Shown one piece after another: positions 1 through 15,799 of a DNA stretch of 64,000 nucleotides. A program made the position numbers and the translations under genes. The DNA comes from Bugula neritina. Taxonomy: Eukaryota; Animalia; Bryozoa. The notes under the pieces were generated by a model. The model had not been told where the DNA came from. It searched no databases and saw only the letters and a list, made by a program, of their open reading frames with translations. Positions within the stretch are counted from its first letter, which is position 1, and every line of letters begins with the position of its first letter. The stretch spans positions 1,736,001 through 1,800,000 of the forward strand of contig CAXIUT010000183.1 in the NCBI GenBank assembly GCA_964035545.1. The letters are read 5' to 3'.

Positions 1-650
1 CTGCGACACATTGCAATATACTGTAACATAACGAAATATGCTCTAGCACACTGAAATACACTGCAACTCACTGAAATATACTGCAACATACTGAAATACA
101 CTGTGACATACTGAAATATACTGCAACATACTGAAATACACTGCTACATACTGAAATATACTGCAACATACTGCAACATACTGAAATACACTGCAGCATA
201 CTACAACATACTGGAATACACTGCAACACATTGAAATATACTGCAACATACCTAAATATACGGTAATATACCGAAATATACTGTAACGCATTGCAAAATA
301 CTGCAACAAACTGAAATACACTGCGACACACTGAAATACGCTGCAAAATACTACAACACACTGAAATAAACTGTAACATATTGAAATACACTGCAACACA
401 TTGAAAAATACTGCAACATACTGAAATATACTGTAACGCACTGAAATATACTGCAACATACTGAAATACACTGTAACATACTGAAATATACTGCAACATA
501 CTGAAATACACTGCTACATACTGAAATATACTGCAACATACTGCAACATACTGCAATACACTGTAACATACTGAAATACACTGCAACATACTACAACATG
601 TTGAAATACACTGCAAAACATTGAAATACACTGCAACTTACCGAATATAT

Positions 651-1660
651 GGTAAACTACTGAAATATACTGTAACGCATTGAAAAGTACTGCAACATAC
701 TGAAATACATTGCGACACATTGCAATAAACTGTAACATACAGAAAAATGCTGTAGCACACTGAAATACACTGCCATTCACTGAAATATACTGCAACATAA
801 TGAAATACACCGCAACATCCTACAACATACTGAAATACACTGTAACATATTGAAATACACTGCAACACATTGAAATATACTGCAACATAACGAAATATAT
901 GGTAAACTACTGAAATATATTTTAACACATTGAAAAATACTGCAACATACTGAAATATATTTCAACACATTGAAAAATACTGCAACATACTGAAATATAC
1001 CGTAACACACTGAAGTACACTGCAACTCACTGAAATATACTGCAATATACTGAAATACACTGCAACATCCTACAAAATGCTGAAATACACTGTAACATAT
1101 TGAAATACACTGCAACACATTGAAATATACTGCAACATACCGAAATATATGGTAAACTACGGAAATATACTGTGACACATTGAAAAAAACTGCAACATAC
1201 TGAAATATACTGCGACACCTAGCAATATACTGTAACATACTGAAATATGCTCTAGCACACTGAAATACAATGCAACTCACTGAAATATACTGCAACATAC
1301 TGAAATACACAGCAACATCCTACAACATGCTGAAATACACTGTAACATATTGAAATACACTGCAACACATTGAAATATACTGCAACATACCGAAATATAT
1401 GGTAAACTACTGAAATATACTGTAACACATTGAAAAATACTGCAACGTACTGAAATATACTGCGACACCTAGCAATATACTGTAACATACTGAAGTATGC
1501 TCTAGCGCACTGAAATACAATACAACTTACTGAAATATACTGCAACATACTGAAATACACTGCAACATCCTACAATATGCTGAAATACACTGTAACATAT
1601 TGAAATACACTGCAACACATTGAAATATACTGCAACATACCGAAATATATCGTAAACTAC
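651..1660 (+). repeat. 250-bp (25-decamer) higher-order repeat run
   Basis: Marker decamer GGTAAACTAC at 651, 901, 1151, 1401 and variant CGTAAACTAC at 1651. GCTCTAGC at 1249 and 1499. Confidence 0.9.
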
Positions 1661-2841
1661 TGCAACATACTACAACATATTGAAAAATACTGCAACATAC
1701 TGAAATATACTGTAACACACCGAAATATACAGCAACATACTGAAATACACTGTAACATATTGAAATACACTGCAACACTTTGAAATATACTGCAACATAC
1801 CTAAATATACGGTAATATACTGAAATATACTGTAACACATTGAAAAATACTGCAACATACTGAAATATACTGTAACACACCGAAATATACAGCAACATAC
1901 TGAAATACACTGTAACATACTGAAATATACTGCAACATACTGAAACACACTGCTACATACTGAAATATACTGCAACATACTGCAACATACTGAAATACAC
2001 TGTAACATACTGAAATAAACTGCAACATACTACAACATATTGAAATACACTGCAACACATTGAAATATACTGCAACATACCTAAATATACGGTAATATAC
2101 TGAAATTCACTGTAACGCATTGCAAAATACTGCAACATACTGAAATTCACTGCGACACACTGAAATACGCTGCAAAATACTACAACATACTGAAATAAAC
2201 TGTAACATATCGAAATACACTGCAACACATTGAAAAACACTGCAACATACTGAAATATACTGTAACACACTGAAATATACTGCAACATACTGAATTACAC
2301 TGTAACATACTGAAATATACTGCGACACCTAGCAATATACTGTAACATACTGAAATATGCTCTAGCACACTGAAATACAATGCAACTCACTGAAATATAC
2401 TGCAACATACTGAAATACACTGCAACATCCTACAACATGCTGAAATACACTGTAACATATTGAAATACACTGCAACACTTTGAAATATACTGCAACATAC
2501 CGAAATATATGGTAAACTACTGCAACACACTACAACATATTGAAATACACTGCAACATACCTAAATATACGGTAATATACTGAAATATACTGTAACACAT
2601 CGAAATATACTGCAACATACTGAAATACACTGTAACATACTGAAATATACTGCAACATACTGAAATACACTGCTACATACTGAAATATACTGCAACATAC
2701 TGCAACATACTGAAATACACTGTAACATACTGAAATAAACTGCAACATACTACAACATATTGAAATACACTGCAACACATTGAAATATACTGCAACATAC
2801 CTAAATATACGGTAATATACTGAAATATACTGTATCACATT

Positions 2842-5800
2842 GAAAAAACTGCAACATACTGAAATACACTGCAACACACTGAAATACATCGCAAAATACT
2901 ACAACATACTGAAATACACTGTAACATATTGAAATCCAGTGCAACACATTTAAATATACTGCAACATACCGAAATATATGGTAAACTAATGAAATATACT
3001 GTAACACAATGAAAAATACCGCAACATACTGAAATATACTGCGACACATTGCAATATACTGTAACATACTGAAATATGCTGTAGCACACTGAAAAACACT
3101 GCAACACCCTACAACATACTGAAATACACTGTAACACATTGAAATACACCGCAAGAAATTGAAATAGACTGCAACACAACAAAATATATGGTAAACTACT
3201 GAAATAGACTTTAACACTTTGAAAAATACTGCAACATACAGAAATATACTGTAACACACTGAAATATACTGCAACATACTGAAATACACTGTAACATACT
3301 GAAATATACTGCAACATACTGAAACATACTGCAACATACTGCAACATACTGCAACATACTGAAATACGCTGTAACATACTGAAATACACTGCAACATACT
3401 ACAACATATTGAAACACACTGCAACACATTGAAATGTACTGCAACATACCGAAATATACGGTAATATACTGAAATATACAGTAACACATTGAAAAATACT
3501 GCAACATACTGAAATACACTGTAACATATTGAAGTACACTGCAACACATTTAAATATACTGCAACATACCAAAATATATGGTAAACAACTGAAATATACT
3601 TTAACACATTGAAAAATACTGCAACATACTGAAATATATTGCGACACATTGCAATATACTGTAACATAACGAAATATGCTCTAGCACACTGAAATACACT
3701 GCAACTCACTGAAATATACTGCAACATACTGAAATACACTGTGACATACTGAAATATACTGCAACATATTGAAATACACTGCTACATACCGAAATATACT
3801 GCAACATACTGCAAAATACTGAAATACACTGCAGCATACTACAACATACTGAAATACACTGCAACACATTGAAATATACTGCAACATACCTAAATATACG
3901 GTAATATACCGAAATATACTGTAACGCATTGCAAAATACTGCAACAAACTGAAATACACTGCGACACACTGAAATACGCTGCAAAATACTACAACACACT
4001 GAAATAAACTGTAACATATTGAAATACACTGCAACACATTGAAAAAAACTGCAACATACTGAAATATACTGTAACACACTGAAATATACTGCAACATACT
4101 GAAATACACTGTAACATACTGAAATATACTGCAACATACTGAAATACACTGCTACATACTGAAATATACTGCAACATACTGCAACATACTGCAATACACT
4201 GTAACATACTGAAATACACTGCAACATACTACAACATACTGAAATACACTGCAACACATTGAAATATACTGCAACATACCTAAATATACGGTAATATACA
4301 GAAATGTACTGTAACATACTGGAACATACTGTAACACACGGAAATATACTACAAAACACTGAAATACACTGCAACATACTGAAATACGCTGTAACATACT
4401 GAAATACACTGCAACATCCTACAAAATGCTGAAATACACTGTAACATATTGAAATACACTGCAACACATTGAAATATATTGCAACATACCGAAATATATG
4501 GTAAACTACTGAAATATACTGTAACACATTGAAAAATACTGCAACATACTGAAATATACTGCGACACCTAGCAATATACTGTAACATACTGAAATATGCT
4601 CTAGCATACTGAAATACAATGCAACATACTGAAATATACTGCAACATACTGAAATACACTGCAACATCCTACAACATGCTGAAATACACTGTAACATATT
4701 GAAATACACTGCAACACTTTGAAATATACTGCAACATACCGAAATATATGGTAAAATACTGCAACATACTACAACATATTGAAATACACTGCAACACATT
4801 GAAATATACTGCAACATACCTAAATGTACGGTAATATACTGAATTATACTGTAACACATTGAAAAATACTGCAACATACTGAAATACACTGTAACATACT
4901 GAAATATACTGCAACATACTGAAATACACTGCTACATACTGAAATATACTGCAACATACTGCAACATACTGAAATACACTGTAATATACTGAAATAAACT
5001 GCAACATAGTACAACATATTGAAATACATTGCAACACATTGAAATATACTGCAACATACCTAAATATACGGTAATATACTGAAATATACTGTAACACGTG
5101 GAAAAAACTGCAACATACTGAAATACACTGCAACACACTGAAATACATCGCAAAATACTACAACATACTGAAATACACTGTAACATATTGAAATCCAGTG
5201 CAACACATTTAAATATACTGCAACATACCGAAATATATGGTAAACTAATGAAATATACTGTAACACAATGAAAAATACCGCAACATACTGAAATATACTG
5301 CGACACATTGCAATATACTGTAACATACTGAAATATGCTGTAGCACACTGAAAAACACTGCAACACCCTACAACATACTGAAATACACTGTAACACATTG
5401 AAATACACCGCAAGAAATTGAAATAGACTGCAACACAACAAAATATATGGTAAACTACTGAAATAGACTTTAACACTTTGAAAAATACTGCAACATACAG
5501 AAATATACTGTAACACACCGAAATATACTGCAACATACTGAAATACACTGTAACATACTGAAATATACTGCAACATACTGAAATATACTGCAACATACTG
5601 CAACATACTGCAACATACTGAAATACGCTGTAACATACTGAAATACACTGCAACATACTACAACATATTGAAATACACTGCAACACATTGAAATGTACTG
5701 CAACATACCGAAATATACGGTAATATACTGAAATATACAGTAACACATTGAAAAATACTGCAACATACTGAAATACACTGTAACATATTGAAGTACACTG

Positions 5801-7400
5801 CAACACATTTAAATATACTGCAACATACCAAAATATATGGTAAACAACTGAAATATACTTTAACACATTGAAAAATACTGCAACATACTGAAATATATTG
5901 CGACACATTGCAATATACTGTAACATAACGAAATATGCTCTAGCACACTGAAATACACTGCAACTCACTGAAATATACTGCAACATACTCAAATACACTG
6001 TGACATACTGAAATATACTGCAACATATTGAAATACACTGCTACATACCGAAATATACTGCAACATACTGCAAAATACTGAAATACACTGCAGCATACTA
6101 CAACATACTGAAATACACTGCAACACATTGAAATATACTGCAACATACCTAAATATACGGTAATATACCGAAATATACTGTAACGCATTGCAAAATACTG
6201 CAACAAACTGAAATACACTGCGACACACTGAAATACGCTGCAAAATACTACAACACACTGAAATAAACTGTAACATATTGAAATACACTGCAACACATTG
6301 AAAAAAACTGCAACATACTGAAATATACTGTAACACACTGAAATATACTGCAACATACTGAAATACACTGTAACATACTGAAATATACTGCAACATACTG
6401 AAATACACTGCTACATACTGAAATATACTGCAACATACTGCAACATACTGCAATACACTGTAACATACTGAAATACACTGCAACATACTACAACATACTG
6501 AAATACACTGCAACACATTGAAATATACTGCAACATACCTAAATATACGGTAATATACAGAAATGTACTGTAACATACTGGATTATACTGTAACACACGG
6601 AAATATACTACAAAACACTGAAATACACTGCAACATACTGAAATACGCTGTAACATACTGAAATACACTGCAACATCCTACAAAATGCTGAAATACACTG
6701 TAACATATTGAAATACACTGCAACACATTGAAATATATTGCAACATACCGAAATATATGGTAAACTACTGAAATATACTGTAACACATTGAAAAATACTG
6801 CAACATACTGAAATATACTGCGACACCTAGCAATATACTGTAACATACTGAAATATGCTCTAGCATACTGAAATACAATGCAACATACTGAAATATACTG
6901 CAACATACTGAAATACACTGCAACATCCTACAACATGCTGAAATACACTGTAACATATTGAAATACACTGCAACACTTTGAAATATACTGCAACATACCG
7001 AAATATATGGTAAAATACTGCAACATACTACAACATATTGAAATACACTGCAACACATTGAAATATACTGCAACATACCTAAATGTACGGTAATATACTG
7101 AATTATACTGTAACACATTGAAAAATACTGCAACATACTGAAATACACTGTAACATACTGAAATATACTGCAACATACTGAAATACACTGCTACATACTG
7201 AAATATACTGCAACATACTGCAACATACTGAAATACACTGTAATATACTGAAATAAACTGCAACATAGTACAACATATTGAAATACATTGCAACACATTG
7301 AAATATACTGCAACATACCTAAATATACGGTAATATACTGAAATATACTGTAACACGTGGAAAAAACTGCAACATACTGAAATACACTGCAACACACTGA
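2842..7400 (+). repeat. Tandem duplication, period 2259 bp (two copies; ends approximate)
   Basis: Rare variants are paired at offset 2259 (GAAATACATCG 2881/5140; TAACACGTGG 5092/7351). ORF-track coordinates are also paired at 2259 (3681/5940, 4152/6411, 4506/6765, 4669/6928). Confidence 0.92.
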
Positions 7401-10400
7401 AATACACCGCAAAATACTACAACATACTGAAATACACTGTAACATATTGAAATACACTGCAACACATTGAAATATACTGCAGCATACCGAAATATATGGT
7501 AAACTAATGAAATATACTGTAACACATTGAAAAATACCGCAACATACTGAAATATACTGCGACACATTGCAATATACTGTAACATACTGAAATATGCTGT
7601 AGCACACTGAAATACACTGCAACATCCTACAACATACTGAAATACATTGTAACATATTGAAATACACTGCAACACATTGAAATATACTGCAACATAACAA
7701 AATATATGGTAAACTACTGAAATAGACTTTAACACATTGAAAAATACTGCAACATACTGAAATATACTGTAACACACTGAAGTATACTGCAACATACTGA
7801 AATACACTGTAACATACTGAAATACACTGCAACATACTACCACATATTGAAATACACTGCAACACATAGAAATGTACTGCAACATACCGAAATATATGGT
7901 AAACTACTAAAATATACTGAAACACATTGAAAAATACTGCAACGTACTGAAATATACTGCGACACCTAGCAATATACTGTAACATACTGAAATATGCTCT
8001 AGCACACTGAAATACAATGCAACTTACTGAAATATACTGCAACATACTGAAATACACTGCAACATCCTACAATATGCTAAAATACACTGTAACATATTGA
8101 AATACACTGCAACACTTTGAAATATACTGCAACATACCGAAATATATGGTAAACTACTGCAACATACTACAACATATTGAAATACACTGCAACACATTGA
8201 AATATACTGCAACATACCTAAATATACGGTAATATACTGAAATATACTGTAACACATTGAAAAATACTGCAACATACTGAAATATACTGTAACACACCGA
8301 AATATACAGCAACATACTGAAATACACTGTAACATACTGAAATATACTGCAACATACTGAAACACACTGCTACATACTGAAATATACTGCAACATACTGC
8401 AACATACTGCAACATACTGAAATACACTGTAACATACTGAAATAAACTGCAACATACTACAACATATTGAAATACACTGCAACACATTGAAATATACTGC
8501 AACATACCTAAATATACGGTAATATACTGAAACTCACTGTAACGCATTGCAAAATACTGCAACATACTGAAATTCACTGCGACACACTGAAATACGCTGC
8601 AAAATACTACAACATACTGAAATAAACTGTAACATATTGAAATACACTGCAACACATTGAAAAATACTGCAACATACTGAAATATACTGTAACACACTGA
8701 AATATACTGCAACATACTGAAATACACTGTAACATACTGAAATATACTGCAACATACTGAAATACACTGCTACATACTGAAATATACTGCAACATACTGC
8801 AACATACTGCAATACACTGTAACATACTGAAATACACTGCAACATACTACAACATATTGAAATACACTGCAACACATTTAAACACACTGCAACTTACCGA
8901 ATATATGGTAAACTACTGAAATATACTGTAACGCATCGAAAAGTACTGCAACATACTGAAATATATTGCGACACATTGCAATAAACTGTAACATACTGAA
9001 AAATGCTGTAGCACACTGAAATGCACTGCCATTCACTGAAATATACTGCAACATACTGAAATACACCGCAACATCCTACAACATACTGAAATACACTGTA
9101 ACATAACGAAACATATGGAAAACTACTGAATTATATTTTAACACATTGAAAAATACTGCAACATACTGAAATATATTTTAACACATTGAAAAATACTGCA
9201 ATATACTGCAATATACTGAAATACACTGCAACATCCTACAAAATGCTGAAATACACTGTAACATATTGAAAAAAACTGCAACATACTGAAATATACTGCG
9301 ACACCTAGCAACATACTGTAACATACTGAAATATGCTCTAGCACACTGAAATACAATGCAACTCACTGAAATATACTGCAATATACTGAAATACACTGCA
9401 ACATCCTACAAAATGCTGAAATACACTGTAACATATTGAAATACACTGCAACAGATTGAAATATACTGCAACATACCGAAATATATGGTAAACTACTGAA
9501 ATATACTGTAACACATTGAAAAAAACTGCAACATACTGAAATTCACTGCGACACACTGAAATACGCTGCAAAATACTACAACATACTAAAATAAACTGTA
9601 ACATATTGAAATACACTGCAACACATTGAAAAATACTGCAACATACTGAAATACACTGTAACACACTGAAATATACTGCAACATACTGAAATACACTGTA
9701 ACATACTGAAATATACTGCAACATACTGAAATACACTGCTACATACTGAAATATACTGCAACATACTGCAACATACTGCAATACACTGTAACATACTGAA
9801 ACACACTGCAACATACTACAACATATTGAAATACACTGCAACACATTTAAACACACTGCAACTTACCGAATATATGGTAATCTACTGAAATATACTGTAA
9901 CGCATTGAAAAGTACTGCAACATACTGAAATATATTGCGACACATTGCAATAAACTGTAACATACTGAAAAATGCTGTAGCACACTGAAATGCACTGCCA
10001 TTCACTGCAATATACTGCAACATACTGAAATACACCGCAACATCCTACAACATACTGAAATACACTGTAACATAACGAAACATATGGTAAACTACTGAAA
10101 TATATTTTAACACATTGAAAAATACTGCAACATACTGAAATATATTTTAACACATTGAAAAATACTGCAACATACTGAAATATACTGTAACACACTGAAG
10201 TACACTGCAACTCACTGAAATATACTGCAATATACTGAAATACACTGCAACATCCTACAAAATGCTGAAATACACTGTAACATATTGAAAAAAACTGCAA
10301 CATACTGAAATATACTGCGACACCTAGCAATATACTGTAACATACTGAAATATGCTCTAGCACACTGAAATACAATGCAACTCACTGAAATATACTGCAA

Positions 10401-13400
10401 TATACTGAAATACACTGCAACATCCTACAAAATGCTGAAATACACTGTAACATATTGAAATACACTGCAACAGATTGAAATATACTGCAACATACCGAAA
10501 TATATGTAAACTACTGAAATATACTGTAACACATTGAAAAAAACTGCAACATACTGAAATATACTGCGACACCTAGCAATATACTGTAACATACTGAAAT
10601 ATGCTCTAGCACACTGAAATACAATGCAACTCACTGAAATATACTGCAACATACTGAAATACACTGCAACATCCTACAACATGCTGAAATACACTGTAAC
10701 ATATTGAAATACACTGCAACACATTGAAATATACTGCAACATACCTAAATATATGGTAAACTACTGCAACACACTACAACATATTGAAATACACTGCAAC
10801 ACATTGAAATATACTGCAACATACCTAAATATACGGTAATATACTGAAATATACTGTAACACACCGAAATATACTGCAACATACTGAAATACACTGTAAC
10901 ATACTGAAATATACTGCAACATACTGAAATACACTGCTACATACTGAAAAACACTGCAACATACTGCAACATACTGAAATACACTGTAACATACTGAAAT
11001 AAACTGCAACATACTGCAACATACTGCAATACACTGTAACATACTGAAATACACTGCAACATACTACAACATACTGAAATACACTGCAACACATTGAAAT
11101 ATACTGCAACATACCTAAATATACGGTAATATACAGAAATGTACTGTAACATACTGGAACATACTGTAACACACGGAAATATACTACAAAACACTGAAAT
11201 ACACTGCAACATACTGAAATACGCTGTAACATACTGAAATACACTGCAACATCCTACAAAATGCTGAAATACACTGTAACATATTGAAATACACTGCAAC
11301 ACATTGAAATATACTGCAACATACCGAAATATATGGTAAACTACTGAAATATACTGTAACACATTGAAAAATACTGCAACATACTGAAATATACTGCGAC
11401 ACCTAGCAATATACTGTAACATACTGAAATATGCTCTAGCACACTGAAATACAATGCAACATACTGAAATATACTGCAACATACTGAAATACACTGCAAC
11501 ATCCTACAACATGCTGAAATACACTGTAACACATTGAAATACACTGCAACACTTTGAAATATACTGCAACATACCGAAATATATGGTAAAATACTGCAAC
11601 ATACTACAACATATTGAAATACACTGCAACACATTGAAATATGCTGCAACATACCTAAATGTACGGTAATATACTGAAATATACTGTAACACATTGAAAA
11701 ATACCGTAACATACTGAAATATACTGCGACACATTGCAATATACTGTAACATACTGAAATATGCTGTAGCACACTGAAATACACTGCAACATCCTACAAC
11801 ATACTGAAATACATTGTAACATATTGAAATACACTGCAACACATTGAAATATACTGCAACATAACAAAATATATGGTAAACTACTGAAATAGACTTTAAC
11901 ACATTGAAAAATACTGCAACATACTGAAATATACTGTAACACACTGAAGTATACTGCAACATACTGAAATACACTGTAACATACTGAAATACACTGCAAC
12001 ATACTACCACATATTGAAATACACTGCAACACATTGAAATGTACTGCAACATACCGAAATATATGGTAAACCACTAAAATATACTGTAACACATTGAAAA
12101 ATACTGCAACGTACTGAAATATACTGCGACACCTAGCAATATACTGTAACATACTGAAATATGCTCTAGCACACTGAAATACAATGCAACTTACTGAAAT
12201 ATACTGCAACATACTGAAATACACTGCAACATCCTACAATATGCTAAAATACACTGTAACATATTGAAATACACTGCAACACTTTGAAATATACTGCAAC
12301 ATACCGAAATATATGGTAAACTACTGCAACATACTACAACATATTGAAATACACTGCAACACATTGAAATATACTGCAACATACCTAAATATACGGTAAT
12401 ATACTGAAATATACTGTAACACATTGAAAAATACTGCAACATACTGAAATATAGTGTAACACACCGAAATATACAGCAACATACTGAAATACACTGTAAC
12501 ATACTGAAATACACTGCAACATACTGAAACACACTGCTACATACTGAAATATACTGCAACATACTGCAACATACTGCAACATACTGAAATACACTGTAAC
12601 ATACTGAAATACACTGCAACATACTACAACATATTGAAATACACTGCAACACATTGAAATATACTGCAACATACCTAAATATACGGTAATATACTGAAAT
12701 CACTGTAACGCATTGCAAAATACTGCAACATACTGAAATTCACTGCGACACACTGAAATACGCTGCAAAATACTACAACATACTGAAATAAACTGTAACA
12801 TATTGAAATACACTGCAACACATTGAAAAATACTGCAACATACTGAAATATACTGTAACACACTGAAATATACTGCAACATACTGAAATACACTGTAACA
12901 TACTGAAATATACTGCAACATACTGAAATACACTGCTACATACTGAAATATACTGCAACATACTGCAACATACTGCAATACACTGTAACATACTGAAATA
13001 CACTGCAACATACTACAACATATTGAAATACACTGCAACACATTTAAACACACTGCAACTTACCGAATATATGGTAAACTACTGAAATATACTGTAACGC
13101 ATTGAAAAGTACTGCAACATACTGAAATATATTGCGACACATTGCAATAAACTGTAACATACTGAAAAATGCTGTAGCACACTGAAATGCACTGCCATTC
13201 ACTGAAATATACTGCAACATACTGAAATACACCGCAACATCCTACAACAAACTGAAATACACTGTAACATAACGACACATATGGTAAACTACTGAAATAT
13301 ATTTTAACACATTGAAAAATACTGCAACATACTGAAATATATTTTAACACATTGAAAAATACTGCAACATACTGAAATATACTGTAACACACTGAAGTAC

Positions 13401-15799
13401 ACTGCAACTCACTGAAATATACTGCAATATACTGAAATACACTGCAACATCCTACAAAATGCTGAAATACACTGTAACATATTGAAAAAAACTGCAACAT
13501 ACTGAAATATACTGCGACACCTAGCAATATACTGTAACATACTGAAATATGCTCTAGCACACTGAAATACAATGCAACTCGCTGAAATATACTGCAATAT
13601 ACTGAAATACACTGCAACATCCTACAAAACGCTGAAATACACTGCAACATATTGAAATACACTGCAACACATTGAAATATACTGCAACATACCGAAATAT
13701 ATGGTAAACTACTGAAATATACTGTAACACATTGAAAAAAACTGCAACATACTGAAATATACTGCGACACCTAGCAATATACTGTAACATACTGAAATAT
13801 GCTCTAGCACACTGAAATACAATGCAACTCACTGAAATATACTGCAACATACTGAAATACACTGCAACATCCTACAACATGCTGAAATACACTGTAACAT
13901 ATTGAAATACACTGCAACACTTTGAAATATACTGCAACATACCGAAATATTTGGTAAACTACTGCAACACACTACAACATATTGAAATACACTGCAACAC
14001 ATTGAAATATACTGCAACATGCCTAAATTTACGGTAATATAATGAAATATACTGTAACACACCGAAATATACTGCAACATACTGAAATACACTGTAACAT
14101 ACTGAAATATACTGCAACATACTGAAATACACTGCTACATACTGAAATACACTGCAACATACTGCAACATACTGAAATACACTGTAACATATTGAAATAA
14201 ACTGCAACATACTACAACATATTGAAATACACTGCAACACATTGAAATATACTGCAACATACCTAAATATACGGTAATATACTGAAATATACTGTAACAC
14301 ATTGAAAAAACTGCAACATACTGAAATACACTGCAACACACTGAAATACACCGCAAAATACTGCAACATACTGAAATACACTGTAACATATTGAAATACA
14401 CTGCAACACATTGAAATATACTGCAACATACCGAAATATATGGTAAACTAATGAAATATACTGTAACACATTGAAAAATACCGCAACATACTGAAATATA
14501 CTGCGACACATTGCAATATACTGTAACATACTGAAATATGCTGTAGCACACTGAAATACACTGCAACACCCTACAACATACTGAAATACACTGTAACATA
14601 TTGAAATACACCGCAAGAAATTGAAATAGACTGCAACACAACAAAATATATGGTAAACTACTGAAATAGACTTTAACACTTTGAAAAATACTGCAACATA
14701 CAGAAATATACTGTAACACACTGAAATATACTGCAACATACTGAAATACACTGTAACATACTGAAATATACTGCAACATACTGAAATACACTGCTACATA
14801 CTGAAATATACTGCAACATACTGCAACATACTGCAACATACCGAAATACGCTGTAACATACTGAAATACACTGCAACACACTACAACATATTGAAATACA
14901 CTGCAACACATTGAAATGTACTGCAACATACCGAAATATACGGTAATATACTGAAATATACAGTAACACATTGAAAAATACTGCAACATACTGAAATACA
15001 CTGCAACACACTGAAACACACCGCAAAAAACTACAACATACTGAAATACACTGTAACATATTGAAGTACACTGCAACACATTTAAATATACTGCAACATA
15101 CCAAAATATATGGTAAACAACTGAAATATACTTTAACACATTGAAAAATACTGCAACATACTGAAATATACTGCGACACATTGCAATATACTGTAACATA
15201 ACGAAATATGCTCTAGCACACTGAAATACACTGCAACTCACTGAAATATACTGCAACATACTGAAATACACTGTGACATACTGAAATATACTGCAACATA
15301 CTGAAATACACTGCTACATACCGAAATATACTGCAACATACTGCAACATACTGAAATTCACTGCAGCATACTACAACATACTGAAATACACTGCAACACA
15401 TTGAAATATACTGCAACATACCTAAATATACGGTAATATACCGAAATATACTGTAACGCATTGCAAAATACTGCAACAAACTGAAATACACTGCGACACA
15501 CTGAAATACGCTGCAAAATACTACAACACACTGAAATAAACTGTAACATATTGAAATACACTGCAACACATTGAAAAATACTGCAACATACTGAAATATA
15601 CTGTAACACACTGAAATATACTGCAACATACTGAAATACACTGTAACATACTGAAATATACTGCAACATACTGAAATACACTGCTACATACTGAAATATA
15701 CTGCAACATACTGCAACATACTGCAATACACTGTAACATACTGAAATACACTGCAACATACTACAACATACTGAAATACACTGCAACATACTGAAATAA

